A stretch of 64,000 nucleotides of DNA from Patescibacteria group bacterium (GTDB taxonomy: Bacteria; Patescibacteriota; Patescibacteriia; Patescibacteriales; UBA12465): positions 591,890 through 655,889 of the forward strand of contig JBMNFW010000001.1 in NCBI GenBank assembly GCA_050949525.1. The letters run 5' to 3'. The position numbers and the translations under genes were made by a program. Shown here piece after piece: positions 60,601 through 64,000 of this stretch. Every line of letters begins with the position of its first letter. Positions within the stretch are counted from its first letter, which is position 1. The notes under the pieces were generated by a model. That model saw nothing but the letters and a program-made list of their open reading frames with translations. It had not been told where the DNA came from and did not search any database.

Positions 60601-63600
60601 TCTCCCATACCTCCATGACTAGCTCGATTTATCCAACAATTACGTTTATTATCATCGCTTCCTAACCAATATTTAAAATTTGACTCTTGCTCAAAGTCAT
60701 ATGATACAGCAGGATCATCTTGCCCGACCTCCAACATATTAGATAAATGATTCATTCCTAAAACCGAATAACCGCTAGCGTTCAAATCTCGACTAGCCTG
60801 ATAAACTCGAGCACCCCCCTCTGATTTAACATAATTAAGACAGGCTCCATCTTGTCTAAAAGCTGAGCACTCTCCTAAAGACAAGCAGGTAGTTTCTTTG
60901 GTTTCATTATTAACAGTATAGGAAGTACAGGATAACCATTTACCACAAACTCTATTAGGACGAACCTTTATTAAAGCATTAGCATCACAATTATATTCTG
61001 AACAAGTTGAATAATTAGTATAATCAGATGAATTAAAATTCAAACTTGAAATCTCACCACTATTACTAAAAGCTCTTTCATTAAAGACAGCACAACCAGT
61101 GCTTAAATTAGCCTGACCATTACAAGAACTAAAATCCAAATTAGTTTTGATCTGATAATCAACTAAAGCTTCTTTAATGCTAACTAAATAATTTTGTCCA
61201 TTATCACTACCACTAGGCAACTCATCCACTACTTCAAATTGACTCACCTTATAATACAATTTACAAGAATCATCATTATTATTTCCTGAATAGAATATAG
61301 CCTTAGGAGAAGCTGGGGAAACTCTAACAGCATCTACTTCTGGTGAAAAAATATTAGAACCTGGTTGTAATACCCTTAAAGAATTATCACAAACCAAATC
61401 TAATGAAGATTCGGCTCCTTTAATCTCCATGACGTATAATTTATTAGGATTAATTGGTAAAAACCCTTCTTGTATAAATTCGATGTAATAATAATTACCA
61501 ACATTTTTACACATTAAACCATTAGATCTCATCACACACCTTATATTAGGGTTACTGTTACTAGTATTCCAATAATCAAAATACATTCCATCTCCATTAA
61601 CATCAGAAAAGTTTGGATTATTAATTATATTCTGAGAGAAAGAGCTCTCAGGATCAATGTATTCTGTACATCCAGATTGACTAATTGGACAAGCTCCAGC
61701 CCAAGTAATACCAAATTCTTCACTAGGATGATACATTGGACTTTCGCCTCCTAGACCAATAGTTTTTAAAGGCTCAACCGGACATAAATAATCAGCTGTA
61801 TCTAATTCACAACTTTGACCTTCAGAGCAATCTTCAGAGCTATTACAAATATTATTGGTAAAGCTATTACCCACTTTACATCTCTTAACCGCTTTTTTAT
61901 ACCAAGAATAATTATTATTACTTAAACCTTTACGCCATAAACAAATCTTATCGCCCGGATCTTTGAAATATGAAACACCGGCTGATGAATTCCAAGAATC
62001 ACAACCTACTTCTTCAGCCTGACAAAGAGTTGATTCTAAATTATCTGGATTAATTTTTATATAAGTATCAGAAAATAGGTTCTGAGAAACAGTATATGGA
62101 TTATTAGCAATAACCTTACCTAAACGACGACAAGCTTTATTATCAGCTCCACAATCTTTATCAGGATTATAGGCAATAGCGGTAAAGCTATCAGCTGGGA
62201 CTAATAAACAATCAGCTTCATCAGCATCACAAACTCCATTATTATTCTTATCATTAAAAATCTTAGAACCTCTATCAGTAGAATTATGAGTATCAACAAC
62301 AATCTCACAACCCACTGCTGACTCATCGCAAAGACTAGAGAAATGTCGTAAATGATGACTTTGATTATTATGATCGCTATAATTCTGACAACCTAAGTTA
62401 TAATTAACTCCTTGATAAACACCACTAACATCGTAATAACAAATCTCCGGTGTATTCCAAGAATTTTTAATTAAATAATAACGATCACTTATTTCTAATA
62501 AATTAATATTAGCAATGTATAGATTTCCAGATCCATTGAGACTAAACTTTAAAACTTCCTCATCCCCTATTTTATGATCTAAATTTTCTAAATTAACTTG
62601 ATATAATTTCCAATCATTACTAGAACTTAAATTAAGACTATAGGAAGCATCGGGATTTCCACTAACTCCAAAGAGGGCCTCAGATCCATTATTAGAATTA
62701 AATGAAATTGATAAATTTTGATTCTGAGGACTACGAGCTAAGAATCTTAAAACATAAGATGATCCTTCTCGGACTAAATCTGATACATCAGTCTTAGCTG
62801 CTCCACTTAACTTCATTGATTGACCTCCTTGATTTAGAGATTCAGTACTAGTGCTAACTTCTCCTTCCCAAAAATCAACTTGATGTCCACTATTAAAGTT
62901 GAAAGATAGAACATTTCTAACACTATTTCCAGTATTACCATTATACTCACGGCAACCATTAGCTGAAGCCGGACAAGATTGTCCCTCTCCTGGAATAGCT
63001 TGATAAATACAAGCTTCTTGAGTAGTATCCCATTTTCCACCAGCTAAACATTCATAACAAACATTTAAAGTATTATCCCAATGTTGATTAGTGGAATTAT
63101 TACAAGCTGCAGAACTATTGATATTATAATTGATATTCTTTTCACTTAAACGATAAACTTTACAATTATCAGAACAGGTGATGGTATTAGAGTATAATAC
63201 ATAGAAAATTTCTCCACCTTGGTTATAGAATTCCTGACAATCGGGATTATGTAATGGATCAGATGGCTCTTTGTTATAAATATCCTTACTACATAAAATC
63301 TCTGTTTGTGAACCAGATTGAACTAAATGATTATAGGAATTATTAGAACTGCCACTAGGACTAATATATCCTCTAGTCAATTTTAATTTATTATTTTGAA
63401 TTTCTAAATTAAAAGATTTTAATTGATAACCAGATTCATCACTACCTTGCCAAGAATAAAAACTATTGCAAGTTCCTTGATCAGGTTTAATACAATGTCT
63501 TAATTGAGTATAATACTCTCTAGACTCTCCCCCAGCCGCCAAGCTTTCTAAATTAGTAAATTCAGTACAACCAACATTAGCCGCACTACAAGCTTGAGCT

Positions 63601-64000
63601 GATTCTGGAATCATTTTAACTACTGATTTATTTTCAAATAATGAATCCTTTTGCACAAAAACATCATAACCAACACAATTACTAGGACAATAATCCTTAT
63701 CACCCACCTTAGCCGCTACTCTAAGATATGGCGAAGTAAAAAGACTACAACCAATTTCATTACTATTACATAAACGAGCATAGTTATAACAAATATCAGG
63801 AGCATTTTCTTTTAAACGATAATCAGGCTGACTAGAACCAGCATTGTTATAGCAAACTCCTTTCAAATAATCGGGAATGATTTTTTGATAAGCTAAACTT
63901 GATTCACGATAATTAGAATAATAAGTTCCTCGAACACCTCGTTCTAACTTTATATTATCAATCATACAGTCATCAGAATCGGGATTAATACCAAAATTAA
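57690..64000 (-). CDS. Giant Cys-rich extracellular-type protein (over 2100 aa; N-terminus outside the window)
   Basis: The track ORF starts at the Met at 63965, but I find the frame stays open to the window edge (upstream residues ...NFGINPDSDDC-MIDNIK). By my count it has about 77 Cys. It shows the recurring motif C-x5-8-G-C-x-[ELS]-[FYW], a TSP3-like DKNNNGVCDADEADC and three regions with a CBM/jelly-roll-like pattern. Confidence 0.8.
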   Translation of the reverse strand, partial: NFGINPDSDDCMIDNIKLERGVRGTYYSNYRESSLAYQKIIPDYLKGVCYNNAGSSQPDYRLKENAPDICYNYARLCNSNEIGCSLFTSPYLRVAAKVGDKDYCPSNCVGYDVFVQKDSLFENKSVVKMIPESAQACSAANVGCTEFTNLESLAAGGESREYYTQLRHCIKPDQGTCNSFYSWQGSDESGYQLKSFNLEIQNNKLKLTRGYISPSGSSNNSYNHLVQSGSQTEILCSKDIYNKEPSDPLHNPDCQEFYNQGGEIFYVLYSNTITCSDNCKVYRLSEKNINYNINSSAACNNSTNQHWDNTLNVCYECLAGGKWDTTQEACIYQAIPGEGQSCPASANGCREYNGNTGNSVRNVLSFNFNSGHQVDFWEGEVSTSTESLNQGGQSMKLSGAAKTDVSDLVREGSSYVLRFLARSPQNQNLSISFNSNNGSEALFGVSGNPDASYSLNLSSSNDWKLYQVNLENLDHKIGDEEVLKFSLNGSGNLYIANINLLEISDRYYLIKNSWNTPEICYYDVSGVYQGVNYNLGCQNYSDHNNQSHHLRHFSSLCDESAVGCEIVVDTHNSTDRGSKIFNDKNNNGVCDADEADCLLVPADSFTAIAYNPDKDCGADNKACRRLGKVIANNPYTVSQNLFSDTYIKINPDNLESTLCQAEEVGCDSWNSSAGVSYFKDPGDKICLWRKGLSNNNYSWYKKAVKRCKVGNSFTNNICNSSEDCSEGQSCELDTADYLCPVEPLKTIGLGGESPMYHPSEEFGITWAGACPISQSGCTEYIDPESSFSQNIINNPNFSDVNGDGMYFDYWNTSNSNPNIRCVMRSNGLMCKNVGNYYYIEFIQEGFLPINPNKLYVMEIKGAESSLDLVCDNSLRVLQPGSNIFSPEVDAVRVSPASPKAIFYSGNNNDDSCKLYYKVSQFEVVDELPSGSDNGQNYLVSIKEALVDYQIKTNLDFSSCNGQANLSTGCAVFNERAFSNSGEISSLNFNSSDYTNYSTCSEYNCDANALIKVRPNRVCGKWLSCTSYTVNNETKETTCLSLGECSAFRQDGACLNYVKSEGGARVYQASRDLNASGYSVLGMNHLSNMLEVGQDDPAVSYDFEQESNFKYWLGSDDNKRNCWINRASHGGMGDKVTYPAHNLGFLKLGKNPCTNGNNNGVKKTENIAGTGEYYLSFMMNTSEIGFNEKVEVIVGKKGASDNSNFRIEIGKESNWKDYSLKFKSEVDWNGEADIVFRSSSGGVFYVDKIVIEPILEISDNKYVQATCRLFPSQDSLICESSNRNVIQNGWYGYCLEKDPRNPDVCLLWYPIDAVSGSKGSSGASTAFTGYPESGAQPFYCATMSANFDLVEYRDVYYDGVMRGVSSNRFIGWVGKGFVFDNILRKRDAIIEFPFNELDNLFGVKFKTYYDENGKTKCTSTAESGPQVYTFMRRSGSLYKGVSAANYLVLVDHVDYPWLEECLMDLGVIDGRFCDEEKKYYAIVYATRSPKKGKCNNDDAFGENTFTPETGVKYGGTGFAYTMISVCAPRKNDDLIIASSSNKLSILDYLTQEGPGKACLPYAYDGDCDGLKCCYFDDDSNACTEGRKGVFDEGVDGTTQYAVRAHVYDNNKGEKSYYYEKRDTDKRVLITTSAGWYKYDGNLLNKKHPTENSNYVEKKIKLLAYDYTSEECSNSEIGGQWVPINNSEQHGCLMDLGKYVPKCTKIVQGITPWVDRVSNSPHSLVKFFDEPNTDNVFSKYVLGSSHPPFGAINESSGNLDSSVKVYAGEGGSVFSNGRYGLPLSCYGHGRTFSRSDKLLNVSPCSLLYLDNNNKIRVLGYANATISAADISGDKDVIKRTDLLNLNHFGNSYSGLITVDGDYYYPNASIDEKNWYWRVIVNRLKNIWIEMRIARDEISGTNNKYFYSFAYNNGDGILSISDQGSPNMGSYLEGVSANNNVPSGDYLPGKIEFKAQLPQVSRVNIIDDQGSAVVSTSGIYDIKNSGIYTVTLNTEINKNQTPIKKLIIRVVRVDDDKFNLVGSYMPVNIDSLSDINSPHNYSLQLSKGKYIVLIKVVDNWGFYKYYDSGMGKINNNNVECDICRNNFEENLDPNNFSNSCKNCLL

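Noticed and set aside
1-64000. Alternative genetic code (UGA recoding, as in some CPR lineages)
   Set aside because: Long uninterrupted ORFs with conserved domains are obtained with the standard code, and genes such as IS copy 2 end in TGA. There is no sign of in-frame UGA within conserved proteins.

Overview
AT-rich bacterial chromosomal window. My spot counts on single 60-nt lines gave about 27% G+C for typical genes. It reads cleanly with the standard genetic code. All calls rest on motif recognition by eye; no BLAST, HMM or folding was run. The gene content looks like a reduced Candidate Phyla Radiation (Patescibacteria)-type genome, which is an inference. Supporting traits: tightly packed operons, GatB, type IV pilin-like genes, a minimal peptidoglycan set (PBP2, MurD), ribosomal proteins with charged tails, several enzyme fusions, a Gram-positive-style VirB4/PrgI cluster and a giant Cys-rich protein.

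Layout:
- 1..1181: partial secreted phosphodiester glycosidase.
- 1309..4089: thymidylate operon (tandem ThyX, P-loop kinase, MazG-like, Tmk-like).
- 4097..6484: gatB and two pilin-like genes.
- 6459..15649 (minus): MiaB-MiaA fusion, GT-C-like membrane protein, 886-aa membrane/acidic protein, PBP2.
- 15733..20773: polA, murD, holA.
- 20781..21866: IS481-like element, copy 1.
- 21948..22270: four tRNAs (Ile-GAU, initiator-like Met-CAU, Phe-GAA, Pro-UGG).
- 22300..27469: rpsT, rpsO, NYN protein, pnp, rpsP, KH protein, trmD.
- 27520..28953: G+C-richer lipoprotein cassette.
- 28965..33941 (minus): DHH phosphoesterase, rbfA, infB, a WecA-like/QueH fusion.
- 34304..40095 (minus): membrane-anchored Clp-like ATPase, small membrane protein, clpB behind a CIRCE-like operator.
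- 40201..42889: decayed DpnII-like restriction-modification locus with a dead IS3-family element.
- 43291..55157 (minus): radA, DsbA-like protein and a compact type IV secretion-like cluster (VirB4, PrgI/VirB3-like, VirB6-like plus unknowns).
- 55291..56376: IS481-like element, copy 2.
- 56439..57635: protein with a Bacteroidota-style T9SS C-terminal sorting domain.
- 57690..64000 (minus): giant Cys-rich protein, over 2100 aa, running off the window.

Best candidates for something undescribed: the relaxase-less T4SS-like operon coupled to radA, the giant Cys-rich protein, the membrane-anchored Clp paralog with a degenerate first ATPase domain, and the enzyme fusions.
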